Origin: Desulfatiglandales bacterium
GTDB taxonomy: Bacteria > Desulfobacterota > DSM-4660 > Desulfatiglandales > HGW-15
Length of the DNA stretch: 64,000 nt
NCBI GenBank assembly: GCA_963667015.2
Contig: CAXXJJ010000004.1
Span: 2,240,001 to 2,304,000, forward strand
Reading direction: 5' to 3'
Below, one piece after another: positions 29,048-38,858 of this stretch. Under the pieces are notes generated by a model that was not told where the DNA came from, did no database searches, and worked only from the letters and a program-made list of their open reading frames with translations. The number at the start of each line of letters is the position of its first letter. Positions within the stretch are counted from its first letter, which is position 1. A program made the position numbers and the translations under genes.

Positions 29048-30532
29048 TTAATGTTCCGGTTTAATCTGCTTATCTTTGTCTCCGCCTTTCGGAACCTGCC
29101 ATTCACCGAAGAACGGCACTTCAAATACCGCATTCCTGTTGCTTTCTTCTTTTTTATATTTATCAGGATATGCACCCGGAAGAATAACATTCTGCGCAAT
29201 AAGCTGTTTTCTAAGGGCAGTAAAATCAACATCTCTTACATTTACGCCCTGTTTCAATGCAAGGGCTGCAGCTGTTCCGGCTGCCTCACCTATTGCTATA
29301 CAGTGCGGGATAAGATTAAAGAAGTTATTTGCTTCCTGGTCAGACGCAAATGCCCTGCAGCCTACCAGCATATTATCTATGCCCTTGGGCAGGAGGGTTC
29401 TGTAGGGTATAAATGTATGGGGAGAATTCAATGAGTATTCACCCCTGTCAAGATCAGGAAATACCGCTATTGTATCTTCAAAGGGTTCATTGCGTGAAAG
29501 GTCTTCCGATGTCAGCATATAATCGCCGTGTACCCTTCTGGCGCCCCTTGTCCCGAGCTGAGGTGAAGACAGGACTATAAAACTGTCTTCAAAACCCGGA
29601 ATATTCTTTTTAAAATAATCATAGGTAAGAAGCATCTTTTCACGGCCAAGCATTTCCACCCTTGTGAGTTCCTCAACATCGGTCTGGCTCTTGTTGGCAT
29701 ATCTTGGATGGATCCATACAACCTTTTCCTGATTTGGAAGGTTGCTTCTCATGAAACCCGGGTGCCCGCCCTGCTGCATCAGGTCCATCATCATTTCGCC
29801 CCACTTGTCCGGATATTCCCTTTTGAAGTCTTCGACCTTCACCAGGTTGACATTGTCAATCCAGTAGCAGAGTGAAAGGTTGGCAATCCTGATCCTGGGA
29901 TCAATGTCTGTATCAAAGGTAGCCCCTGCGTAAGGCAGAAGATCACCATCGCCGGTTGAATCAATAACGACCTTTGCCATTATGGCCTGTCGGCCGGACT
30001 TACTCTCAAAGATTACGCCCACGGGCTTGTTTCCATCCATTATGGGCATGGTACCCCAGGCATGCAGATATGTCTTTACACCTGCCTTGTTTACCATATC
30101 ATTTAATATACACTTACCGATCTCGGCATCAATAAGAGAAGAGTGGACAATGCGTCTCTCACGTACCCAGAAGAATGATCTTTCATTCCAGTATGTGACA
30201 AGTTTCGGATCATCGGATCCCCATATATCTTTAGGAGGATGAAATTCTGCATTTCTCTCTTCCAGTCTTTCGAGAAATTCCTGATTAATTCCAGCGATCT
30301 GCAGGTTTCCATCAAAGTCAGAGAGACACGGGATTATAGTTACCAAACCGCCAGTACTCATTCCGCCAAGATGACCATATCTTTCTATAAGGACGGTATC
30401 CGCTCCGTTACGAGCTGCAGCAAGCGCAGAACCGATTCCACCTGGACCACCGCCAACAACTACGACATCGCATTCACGGACGACATCGACTGTTTTGTTA
30501 GGTTCTGGTATTGTTCTGATAATATCTGCCAA
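29048..30532 (-). CDS. FAD-dependent oxidoreductase (FAD_oxidored family)
   Basis: VVVVGGGPGG, IERYGHLGG, IDSTGDGD, IPYRTLLP, GEAAGTAAAL. Confidence 0.9.
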   Translation of the reverse strand: MADIIRTIPEPNKTVDVVRECDVVVVGGGPGGIGSALAAARNGADTVLIERYGHLGGMSTGGLVTIIPCLSDFDGNLQIAGINQEFLERLEERNAEFHPPKDIWGSDDPKLVTYWNERSFFWVRERRIVHSSLIDAEIGKCILNDMVNKAGVKTYLHAWGTMPIMDGNKPVGVIFESKSGRQAIMAKVVIDSTGDGDLLPYAGATFDTDIDPRIRIANLSLCYWIDNVNLVKVEDFKREYPDKWGEMMMDLMQQGGHPGFMRSNLPNQEKVVWIHPRYANKSQTDVEELTRVEMLGREKMLLTYDYFKKNIPGFEDSFIVLSSPQLGTRGARRVHGDYMLTSEDLSRNEPFEDTIAVFPDLDRGEYSLNSPHTFIPYRTLLPKGIDNMLVGCRAFASDQEANNFFNLIPHCIAIGEAAGTAAALALKQGVNVRDVDFTALRKQLIAQNVILPGAYPDKYKKEESNRNAVFEVPFFGEWQVPKGGDKDKQIKPEH

Positions 30533-31045
30533 TTTTCAATATCCTTTCTTTTGATTATTTTACGTTTAAGTACCTTAATAAACTGATTATTTTAGGATTT
30601 ATAACTATGCTTGATTATTCGGAAAAAGTCAACTTAGTTTTTCCTTGAAAACTAAAATGTAAACCCTGATAAATTTCAAACCACAAATTAATTAATCTAA
30701 CCTATAAGATAATTCAGGGTAGAGCTAAAATCAATATTATCGATGGAATAAGCAGGGTTCTGAGGTTTCTGGAGGGGGCTTTCGGGCAGACATTCTAAAA
30801 ACAGGCACCCTCATATTTTCTGAACCGGCATATTCTTCACCGGCAATTGCCCCCTGATTGAGATTCCAAGATTAACACCAATATGTTTACAGATCAAATT
30901 ATTTCAGGAAAAGAAAAAAGATTAAAGTCATACAAAGAGACGACCGATATTACTTCAAGATTAACACATTCTTGCATCATACTTAAATCAAGTAAAATTT
31001 TTAAAACATCGAGCATCAACTCAAATTTAGGGATATAATTAGGTT

Positions 31046-32068
31046 ATGTCAGAAAATTCAAATTCGTTTCCAGATATTAAAGATGTATTAAACAGTTACG
31101 ACTCAAATCAACAGGTTGAAATCGCAGCTCAACTGTTCCTTGAATACTGTATTTACCAGGATCACTGCGAGAATACGAGGCGTCTCGCCCCTCTTATAAA
31201 CACCGTCGCAGAGGCATTGACAAAGAATCTGAAGAATGAAGACAGCCTGAAACAGGGGATCAGGGCCGTACAGTTGTACCTCCAGACACCCCCTGTTGAA
31301 TATTATGGAGAGACACTGGTCAGACTTTCTTTTCTTGACAGGCAGTCGGTTGATGAGATGCTGCAGATAAAACCGGATAATAAGGTTTTAGGTACATTTC
31401 TTATGGAGCAGGGCCTGATTACACAGGAACAAAGGGACATTGCAGTAATAGCTCAAAAACGACTGTTTACTGTTCAGGAAATCCATACCCGAATTGTCGA
31501 CCCCAGCCAGAAAGAGGAAGAGGCACAGATAATTGACAGCCTAAAGGGTATTTTCCAGCATTTCATGACATCAACCTCTGAACTGGAGGATGATCTTAAC
31601 CAATCCAATATAGACAGCATTCCAAATGCCTTACAGCGGCTGGAAAATATAATCAGCGAAACCGAAAAACAGACAAACACAGTTCTTGAAATTGTTGACA
31701 CTCTTTTTGACCTTGAGGAGGGAATAAAGACAAGTCTTCTGCAGATAAAAGAAAACAGTGATTCTTCAAACAATCTGATCACCGAAAACATTGAAATTAT
31801 CATGGATAAACTTGATTTTCTCAACAGATTAAGCCTTGACCTGAACAGTACACAACAGATACAGGACAGGACCGGGCAGCAGCTCCTTAAGATAATTCCG
31901 ACTATCCAGACATTTCAGAACCAGATAACCAAAATTGCCCAGAAACTGAATCTTAACTGGCAGACTGAAAAAGCTGACGAAAGCATGAATGGTTATGAAG
32001 GGGGTGAAGTCGGAGACCGCATCCAGCAGGGTGATGTAGATGATCTCCTATCGAGCCTGGGATTGTAA
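31046..32068 (+). CDS. CheZ-like phosphatase with N-terminal MshEN-like region
   Basis: QQIQDRTGQ (CheZ DxxxQ motif) and C-terminal QGDVDDLLSSLGL CheY-binding peptide; tandem xxGxxLxxxG/xL...Q repeats at about aa 86-137. Confidence 0.75.
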   Translation: MSENSNSFPDIKDVLNSYDSNQQVEIAAQLFLEYCIYQDHCENTRRLAPLINTVAEALTKNLKNEDSLKQGIRAVQLYLQTPPVEYYGETLVRLSFLDRQSVDEMLQIKPDNKVLGTFLMEQGLITQEQRDIAVIAQKRLFTVQEIHTRIVDPSQKEEEAQIIDSLKGIFQHFMTSTSELEDDLNQSNIDSIPNALQRLENIISETEKQTNTVLEIVDTLFDLEEGIKTSLLQIKENSDSSNNLITENIEIIMDKLDFLNRLSLDLNSTQQIQDRTGQQLLKIIPTIQTFQNQITKIAQKLNLNWQTEKADESMNGYEGGEVGDRIQQGDVDDLLSSLGL

Positions 32069-32120
32069 TTCAGATTGTCCCCACGAATTAACAGTAACTG
32101 CTGAAATTGTATATAAATAT

Positions 32121-32151
32121 AAAAAGCCCCGTCCAGAGGACGGGGCTTTTT
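32121..32151. terminator. Bidirectional intrinsic terminator between convergent genes
   Basis: AAAAAGCCCCGTCC-AGA-GGACGGGGCTTTTT. Confidence 0.9.
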
Positions 32152-32200
32152 GTTAACAGAGATTATCCGGTAGATTACCGGCAATCTTAATGCTTCAATC

Positions 32201-33562
32201 CTAATGTTTAATCTTTTCCCATTCCTGGGCATATTCCTTTTCAAAATCAGGACATCTGTGTTCGGTATGACACTTTAAACAGGTCTCCATTCCAGGATCC
32301 CCCTGAGGAACCGTACCGGGATCTTCCAGATGTGCAGCACTGTCACCATGGCATGATTCACACTGAATATTTCTCAGCTCTTTTTCCTGTGTTGTCACGC
32401 TGAAACCGCCAGGCTCTTCAAAACGGGTAGTATGGCAGACAAGGCAGTCTGGATTAAACTGCTGGTTTTTATTTATAAGTGTTTGAAATGCCTTTGCATG
32501 TTTTGTCTTGGTCCAGCCTTCATAGGCCTCACTGTGACAATCATTACAAGCGATTGATTTAGGCTCAGCAGTATCTGTTTTATCCTTGGCAGCGCCGCCC
32601 TGATTATAGAGTTTGGCTACATCCAGATTAAACTGAGCAATCATTTCCTTTACCTTTGGATCGTCGGCCATCTCATCACTCATTGGGACAAGTTCATTTT
32701 TCACTGTTTTGGATCCGTCAGGGCCTATTTCAACCTCAAACATACCCTGATACTGGCCTTTTTCTCCTGTCTGAACAATGTAGGTACCATTTGCTTCGTA
32801 GGGGGTTTTCAGTTTCTGTTTATGATGACCGCCAACAACCAGGTCAACTCCCTTGATCTTTCGGGCTATTATCCAGTTGCGCCCAATATGCTGATGTGTC
32901 ATTACAATAACATAGTCTGCCTTATCTTTAATTTCGGCGACTTTTTCTTCAACTGTTTTAATAGGATCCAGTACGGTTATTGAGGAACCAACAATGTCAT
33001 TCATTAATTTTGAAACTTCAGAGGTGTTTCCCATAATACCGATGATCCCTACATTTAGATCACCCACTTTTTTGATTATATAGGGCTTAAATAAAAGCTG
33101 GTTTTTATCGTCCACAAGATTGGCGGAGACAAAGGGAAGCTCATATTTTTTCTCCAGCTCCCTGATATAATCAAGGCCCAGAGACAGTTCCAGTTCACCA
33201 ACATTTATCGCATCAATACCAAGGCCTTTAACAATCTTGGAAACAAGTTCGGCCTTCAATTTTGCAGACGGCATGAAGGAGTCTTTTATTTGGGCGTGTT
33301 CATTCAGTAAATCGCCTGAATCAACAACTATAAGGTTTTTATGTGTTTTTCTGTATTCATCTAGATATGCTGTTTTCTTGTAGAGCCCACCGAGCATCTC
33401 ACCGCTTTCAGCTCACCCGCATGGCTCAAGATAACCTTCAATATTGCTGCTGTATGCTATAGTAAGTTTTTTATTCCCTTCTGTACCTGTGGAACCTGAT
33501 GCCATCAGCAGGCAAAAAAGTGAAACAATAGCCAATGATAAAAGAGTAATTTTGGTTTTCAT
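32201..33562 (-). CDS. Exported UshA-like (5'-nucleotidase N-domain) selenoprotein fused to a tetraheme cytochrome c (c554-like) domain; TGA at 33413-33415 read as Sec
   Basis: In-frame upstream segment MKTKITLLSLAIVSLFCLLMAS...YSSNIEGYLEPCG-[TGA]-AESGEMLGGL joins the listed 398-aa ORF (453 aa total). VDSGD, NVGELE, GGH metallophosphoesterase-like motifs; CNDCH, CLVCH, CESCH, CLKCH. Confidence 0.88.
33380..33402 (-). promoter_or_regulatory. Putative bacterial SECIS hairpin
   Basis: mRNA GU(G)AGA(U)GCUC-GGU-GGGC-UCU-AC begins 11 nt after UGA; the G-first apical loop starts 22 nt downstream (folded by hand). Confidence 0.65.
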
Positions 33563-33776
33563 CCTTTGTCAATCCTCGCTAAAAAATTTATCAACAATAC
33601 ATCCCTGAACCTAAATAATCAGTTTCTGCATTTTACCGCCTTTTTTAAGCATTTCCACTTTATGATCCTATATTATGATTCATATTTAGGGCCTGAATGC
33701 TTGCGGTAATCCTAACAGAATTTATAAATAAGTCAAGGCAGGAAGAAGGGCAGATATATCGGCTGGATCAGGCATT

Positions 33777-34340
33777 TTAATTACTGTCATGTTTAGTTTT
33801 TTTTGTTTTTTTCACCTGCAACGCCTTTTGGGATTTTCTTTTCTGACGCCATTCCCTTATCTTCTGGAATATCTTTAAAAATATAAAATAAGTTGGAACC
33901 GCAGTTACAGTTCCTATCAAAATGCCCCCGACAAGAAGGGACGAAGCCAGGGTCATTCCGGATGAAAACAACTTTCCCCAGATGACAGCCATCTCATCGC
34001 CACGGCTGATTGAGGCCATTACAGATTTAAGGATTTCGTGCCCTCCTTCTACACCGAGGAGATAGGCCCCCAGTTTAAAATCATAGAGATATATGAAATA
34101 CCAGTTTAAAGGATTACTTGCCCAGGTACCCAGCGCGGCAGTAATTTTGCTGGCCTTGAATAAAAGCGCCAGGGCCACGGCAAGGGCAATTTGGAGGGGA
34201 AGAACGGGCATCATCCCGGAAAAAACACCTATAGCCATACCAAGAGCCAGTTCATGGGGTTCACCCCTGAGCCTGAGAAACCTGATATAATAGTATTTCA
34301 ACTGTCTTTCATAACTAAAATTTCGAGAGTTCTGAGCCAT
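33777..34340 (-). CDS. DUF2062 family membrane protein
   Basis: PHELALGMAIGVF...P, GTWASNPL, LLVGG motifs. Confidence 0.85.
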   Translation of the reverse strand: MAQNSRNFSYERQLKYYYIRFLRLRGEPHELALGMAIGVFSGMMPVLPLQIALAVALALLFKASKITAALGTWASNPLNWYFIYLYDFKLGAYLLGVEGGHEILKSVMASISRGDEMAVIWGKLFSSGMTLASSLLVGGILIGTVTAVPTYFIFLKIFQKIREWRQKRKSQKALQVKKTKKTKHDSN

Positions 34341-34463
34341 TCCAATATTTTTTATCTATACAATCGTTTTCAAAACGATTATCGGGGAACCTGCATTAAT
34401 ATGTTAAAAAAATTTCAGAGGGAAATTAATGAATAAATATACACCCGTCAATATAATAATTAA

Positions 34464-37400
34464 TCAGTAATCATGTTTCCAGTTTATTCCCATCCCTGTT
34501 TCGGAATCCTCTCCCACCTCGGTCTCAACGGTTATGCTGGGGGTGAGTTCCCAGGTGACAGACGCCTTCCCGCTCTCGTCGCTTACGCCCTTTTCCACCT
34601 CAATATATATATTATCTTTCAGGTATTTCCCCGCACTCAATGCGGATTCATCAGGGTTTACCTCTGACTGTTTTACCTCAAGCCGGTCCACGCCTATCAG
34701 GTTTCTGGTATATGCAAGTGGATCAAAGCCCTTCTTCCCGCCAAGCATCTGCCTTAACGCGGCCGCAAGCTGAAGCGCCTGAAGAGGTGTGATCTGAGAA
34801 ACCTCTCTGTCAAACAATACCCTTGCCAGTATCTCATCCTGGGGCAGCTCAGGTTCGGAAGACAGGCTCAGTACCGGATCTTTTATACTGCCTCTAAGGT
34901 TAATTAAGGCCGTAATGCTGCTGTTCACTGATTTTCCGGTAACATCAAAATATGGGTCAGGAGGTGAATTTCCCGCAAAGGTAACCTGTCCTTCGGTAAG
35001 GGTAAACGGCCTGGACAGAAAATTGTAATTTCCTCTTAAAAGGGTGAAGTTACCGGTGATAACCGGATCTTTGGAATCTCCTTCCAGTTTAACATCCCCT
35101 TTCCATTCCGAATCCAGCCCCCTTCCCTTGATATACACCCTGCCCTGGCTTGAAACGGCAAGATCAAAATTTATTTTACCCTTTGCTGCCGGTTTTATTT
35201 CATCCTGAACGGTTTCAACATCCCTGTTGATCTCCTTTATCTCCAGCTCGGTAAACTCGACCGGAAGTTTTTCAGCAATCTCATATTCAGCCTTTTCCAG
35301 GGTTAATTTCCCTGACAGATCATGCTGTTTCATGGAACCTGAAATAACAGCATTCCCTCCCGCAACCGTCCTGAGGCTTTTACTTCCGGTTAACTGCATA
35401 TTTTTTAAGGCTATGCTCACTTCATATGGAAAATTTTTATCAGCATCAATATCAAGGTGACCGCTTCCCGATATCTTACCATTCAGGCCGTCATAAGCCT
35501 TAAAATTATGAAGTGTAATACCGTAATTGTCAGCAGATATTTCCGCCTCTATATTGTCAACCAGGATTCCCATGCCTGTGTTTTCATAGGTTCCCTTTGA
35601 CAGCAGGGCCCTGCCTGCTATTACAGGCGACCCGTAATAACCGCTTATATCAAAACCTGTATCCAGCCTGCCCGCAATCACCTGATCATGCATTTCAAAC
35701 ACAGCAGGGATTACAGCAAGATCGAATTCACCCTTTATACTGCCCTTTATCGGATCAGTGTCTTTTGGTGCAAGCTTAAAAGGATAGATCGAAAAATCAC
35801 CGGGAATTGATATATCACCCTTAAGGGTCGCACCGGACATCCCATCCAGGCTGAATTTTCCGGACATACTGTCCTTTTTCATATCATATTCCGCCGTGAT
35901 TGAAACAGGAGGGATGCTGTTCTTCTTAAGACTTTTTCTTTTAATCCCGTCGGCTGTTATAATCCCGGACAGAACAGGAGAGGTTGATGTGCCATCCAGC
36001 TTGAGACTGCTGTCCAGTGTTCCATCAAGGACAGGTGTACCTGCCAGAGAAAGAAGAGATAGTGGCATACTTTTCACCATTATCCTTCCATCCACATTAT
36101 CACCATTATAATTTAAAGATCCGCTGATATTACCCGAGTCAACATCAATATCTAAATTTTCAAACATTATTGCTTCAGCAGAATATTTGACTGTCAACGG
36201 CTGAAGGCTTCTCACCTGTGAAGTGCCAAACCTGCCATTCAGCTCCTGAATTTTAAAGGATTTAGTATCACTCTGATTAACAAACCCTATCGATGCTGTA
36301 AAGCCCATCTCCTCGCCTGCAGTACCAGTACCATTTATATTAAACTCGGATTTATTCCGTTCACCTTTCCCTTTAATTTCAACTGTCTTCAGGACAACAC
36401 CCTTATGATTAAAACCATTGATGGCTGAGGAAGCGGAAAAATGGAGTTCTCCGAAAACATCTGTCATGCTGCCTTTAACATCGATATCTTCAACTGTGTC
36501 CTGGTTAAAGGTTATTTTTTCTGCAGAGGCTGAAATTTCAAGATTCTGTGCATTTTCTATTGGTTTAAAGACTATTTCACCGGATACACTCCCCTCGATA
36601 TTGGGTCCATACAGCGAGGATATTGCAGAGATATCCGGACTTGAAAAATTTAATCTGCCGTTGATCAGGCGGGCCTTTCCTTCAAAAAGAATACTGCCGC
36701 CCAGGTCCGTTCCCATGCCTGAAAGATAAAGGTTTTTAAGTGAAACATCTTTGCCGGATATATAAAAATCCGATCCGGCCTTTAACTTTTCATCCCCCGA
36801 TATAGATTCGATTAAGATCTTTCCACTGCTGTTCTTATCCCTGTATTTTGCAGTGATCCTGCTCGAAATATTATCTGTCTTTATTTTATCCCAGGCAAAT
36901 TTTTCTATTTTTGTACTGCAGGCTGTATCAAAATTGTTTACCTCACCCTTCAGGGAACAGTTAATATCTCCCCTGCCTGAGACATCATTTTTGACATATG
37001 AAGAAGCTATAGAAAGATCAGGAATAAACAGAGCCATTTCAGATTCTACAAGACCTTTCTGGTCATAGTTGATGGCTCCCTCCATCGATATTGATTCGCT
37101 GTTTATCCTGATATCGGAAACCCGGGCAAACCCGTCTGAAAAATGAACACGGGATTCAAACCTTACTGTATTGCCCGCAAAAATTTTAAGACCCGGATTA
37201 TCCAATTGTAGCTTATATGCGCCTTTCAGAAACCCGTTAAAGGATTTTGAATTTAAATCTGCATCAAGATTAAAATCAATATCACCCCTTCCCTTCAACA
37301 AATCGGAAGCCTTCGAAAAATAATGGCCGGGATCAGTTGCATCTATCCGACCTTCTAGATGAGCTGTCCGGTTTACTGCGTTCAGATACCCTGATGTCCG

Positions 37401-38858
37401 GAAATTGATGTTTCCGGAATCAGCATTAAGCAGTTTTACATTTATCTGTCCGTTGTTATCTCTTACAAGTTCAAAGCTGCAGGTTATCTTTTCCTCCTGA
37501 TATTCCTGGTCCCCGGACCTGAGAGAAAATCCCTTTATATCGCCTGAACCTGCAACACTCATTATGTCTTTCGGATTATTTCTGTCACGGAAATGCCCCT
37601 GACCTGTCCCCTCTATTTCCAGTACATTGATCCGGTCACTATTCAGGCCGATAAGCCTGTAAGACAGATCCATATCCGGGCTGAAGAGTTTTCCATTTAT
37701 AGAACCTTCAACAGACAAGCTGTCTACAGAATACCCTTCTGCAATCTTATCTAAAGATGCTGCATCTCTGGTTTTCAGACTGAAAGTCCCGGCTGAATCC
37801 ATATTCGCAAGCCTGATATTTCCCATGTAACCGGATTCAAGCTTTTCGGTTTTTATCCGTAGGGGGTTAAGGCGCAGCTCCTTCTGATTAATTAAATCCG
37901 CATTGATATTAAATTCAGCGCCTTTTCCAACAAGGTCACTGTATTTTTCTTCAAAAAGGGAGTCTGAGAATAAAAAATAACCCGAGGTACTGATGGAATA
38001 ATCATCTCCTGCGATTTTAATATTGATTTCTGAGTTGATCTCTCCTGTCTTCCTGCTCGAAAGATAAAGCTTCCCCTTCCAGTTGTCCGGGTTTCCGCTC
38101 CCCTCAATAAGACACCTGAGATCTTCACCTTTGCCTGTAAGTTTATATATTATTCCTTCGCCAGGCTCCTGAACATCTACCTTTAATTCCATATGCTGCG
38201 GTCTTATGCCCATATGGATATCAGCCTTAAGTGATTCAGCGGCGCTATCAATCCTTACAATCTCAAGGTTGTAATTTCTTACTCCTTCAGATCCTGAATC
38301 ATTCATACCTCCAACGAGACTGAATTGAGCAGACGCCCCAAGGATACTGCCATCCAGATCAATGCTTGAGGCATTAATATCTTCTATTTTTATTCGTGAA
38401 AGAAATGCAGGAACTTCGAATCCTTCGCGTATCTTTCGTGGAGTCCTGTTTTTTCTGGCAGGCAGTCTGCTGATTTCAGTCTTTTCCAGATGAAGCGTTT
38501 CAACAAAAAGACGCCCCTTAAGCAAGGCGAGAAGATCAATCTTTAAGGAAAAGTTATGAACCTGCAGCCATCTGCCATCCCTGTCGTAGAGGCTCAGATC
38601 ACCAATAGTAAACCTGAAAGGAAATACCCCCCTGATATCTTTGACTTCAATTTTTAATTCATTTTTTTCAAGCGCTGATCTGTTAAGAAAGCTGATAAAT
38701 AAATTGAAACCGAAATCTGTCTGCAGGGTAAATAATAACACAGATGCAGCAAGAAAGAGCCCGGCAAGGGAAAGGCTGCACCATTTAAGGATTCTTAAAT
38801 ATATCTTTTTATAAGCAGTTATGTAACCGACGAATTGCTTCATATATATACCAAACAC
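34464..38858 (-). CDS. tamB: Translocation and assembly module TamB
   Basis: 1464 aa; N-terminal TM anchor, beta-taco repeats, C-terminal GRGLDSEW, SSEPELPQDEILA.VLF, AGKYL, WKHDY. Confidence 0.9.
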   Translation of the reverse strand: MFGIYMKQFVGYITAYKKIYLRILKWCSLSLAGLFLAASVLLFTLQTDFGFNLFISFLNRSALEKNELKIEVKDIRGVFPFRFTIGDLSLYDRDGRWLQVHNFSLKIDLLALLKGRLFVETLHLEKTEISRLPARKNRTPRKIREGFEVPAFLSRIKIEDINASSIDLDGSILGASAQFSLVGGMNDSGSEGVRNYNLEIVRIDSAAESLKADIHMGIRPQHMELKVDVQEPGEGIIYKLTGKGEDLRCLIEGSGNPDNWKGKLYLSSRKTGEINSEINIKIAGDDYSISTSGYFLFSDSLFEEKYSDLVGKGAEFNINADLINQKELRLNPLRIKTEKLESGYMGNIRLANMDSAGTFSLKTRDAASLDKIAEGYSVDSLSVEGSINGKLFSPDMDLSYRLIGLNSDRINVLEIEGTGQGHFRDRNNPKDIMSVAGSGDIKGFSLRSGDQEYQEEKITCSFELVRDNNGQINVKLLNADSGNINFRTSGYLNAVNRTAHLEGRIDATDPGHYFSKASDLLKGRGDIDFNLDADLNSKSFNGFLKGAYKLQLDNPGLKIFAGNTVRFESRVHFSDGFARVSDIRINSESISMEGAINYDQKGLVESEMALFIPDLSIASSYVKNDVSGRGDINCSLKGEVNNFDTACSTKIEKFAWDKIKTDNISSRITAKYRDKNSSGKILIESISGDEKLKAGSDFYISGKDVSLKNLYLSGMGTDLGGSILFEGKARLINGRLNFSSPDISAISSLYGPNIEGSVSGEIVFKPIENAQNLEISASAEKITFNQDTVEDIDVKGSMTDVFGELHFSASSAINGFNHKGVVLKTVEIKGKGERNKSEFNINGTGTAGEEMGFTASIGFVNQSDTKSFKIQELNGRFGTSQVRSLQPLTVKYSAEAIMFENLDIDVDSGNISGSLNYNGDNVDGRIMVKSMPLSLLSLAGTPVLDGTLDSSLKLDGTSTSPVLSGIITADGIKRKSLKKNSIPPVSITAEYDMKKDSMSGKFSLDGMSGATLKGDISIPGDFSIYPFKLAPKDTDPIKGSIKGEFDLAVIPAVFEMHDQVIAGRLDTGFDISGYYGSPVIAGRALLSKGTYENTGMGILVDNIEAEISADNYGITLHNFKAYDGLNGKISGSGHLDIDADKNFPYEVSIALKNMQLTGSKSLRTVAGGNAVISGSMKQHDLSGKLTLEKAEYEIAEKLPVEFTELEIKEINRDVETVQDEIKPAAKGKINFDLAVSSQGRVYIKGRGLDSEWKGDVKLEGDSKDPVITGNFTLLRGNYNFLSRPFTLTEGQVTFAGNSPPDPYFDVTGKSVNSSITALINLRGSIKDPVLSLSSEPELPQDEILARVLFDREVSQITPLQALQLAAALRQMLGGKKGFDPLAYTRNLIGVDRLEVKQSEVNPDESALSAGKYLKDNIYIEVEKGVSDESGKASVTWELTPSITVETEVGEDSETGMGINWKHDY

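Noticed and set aside
30533..31045. c-di-GMP riboswitch or small gene upstream of the CheZ-like gene
   Set aside because: There is no GEMM consensus (GGCAAAC...GAAA...GACGCAAAGC) and no convincing ORF with an RBS.
33413..33415. Nonsense mutation making the UshA-like gene a pseudogene
   Set aside because: It is a single TGA in a C-G-x motif with a SECIS-like hairpin and intact frames on both sides; Sec readthrough explains it better.
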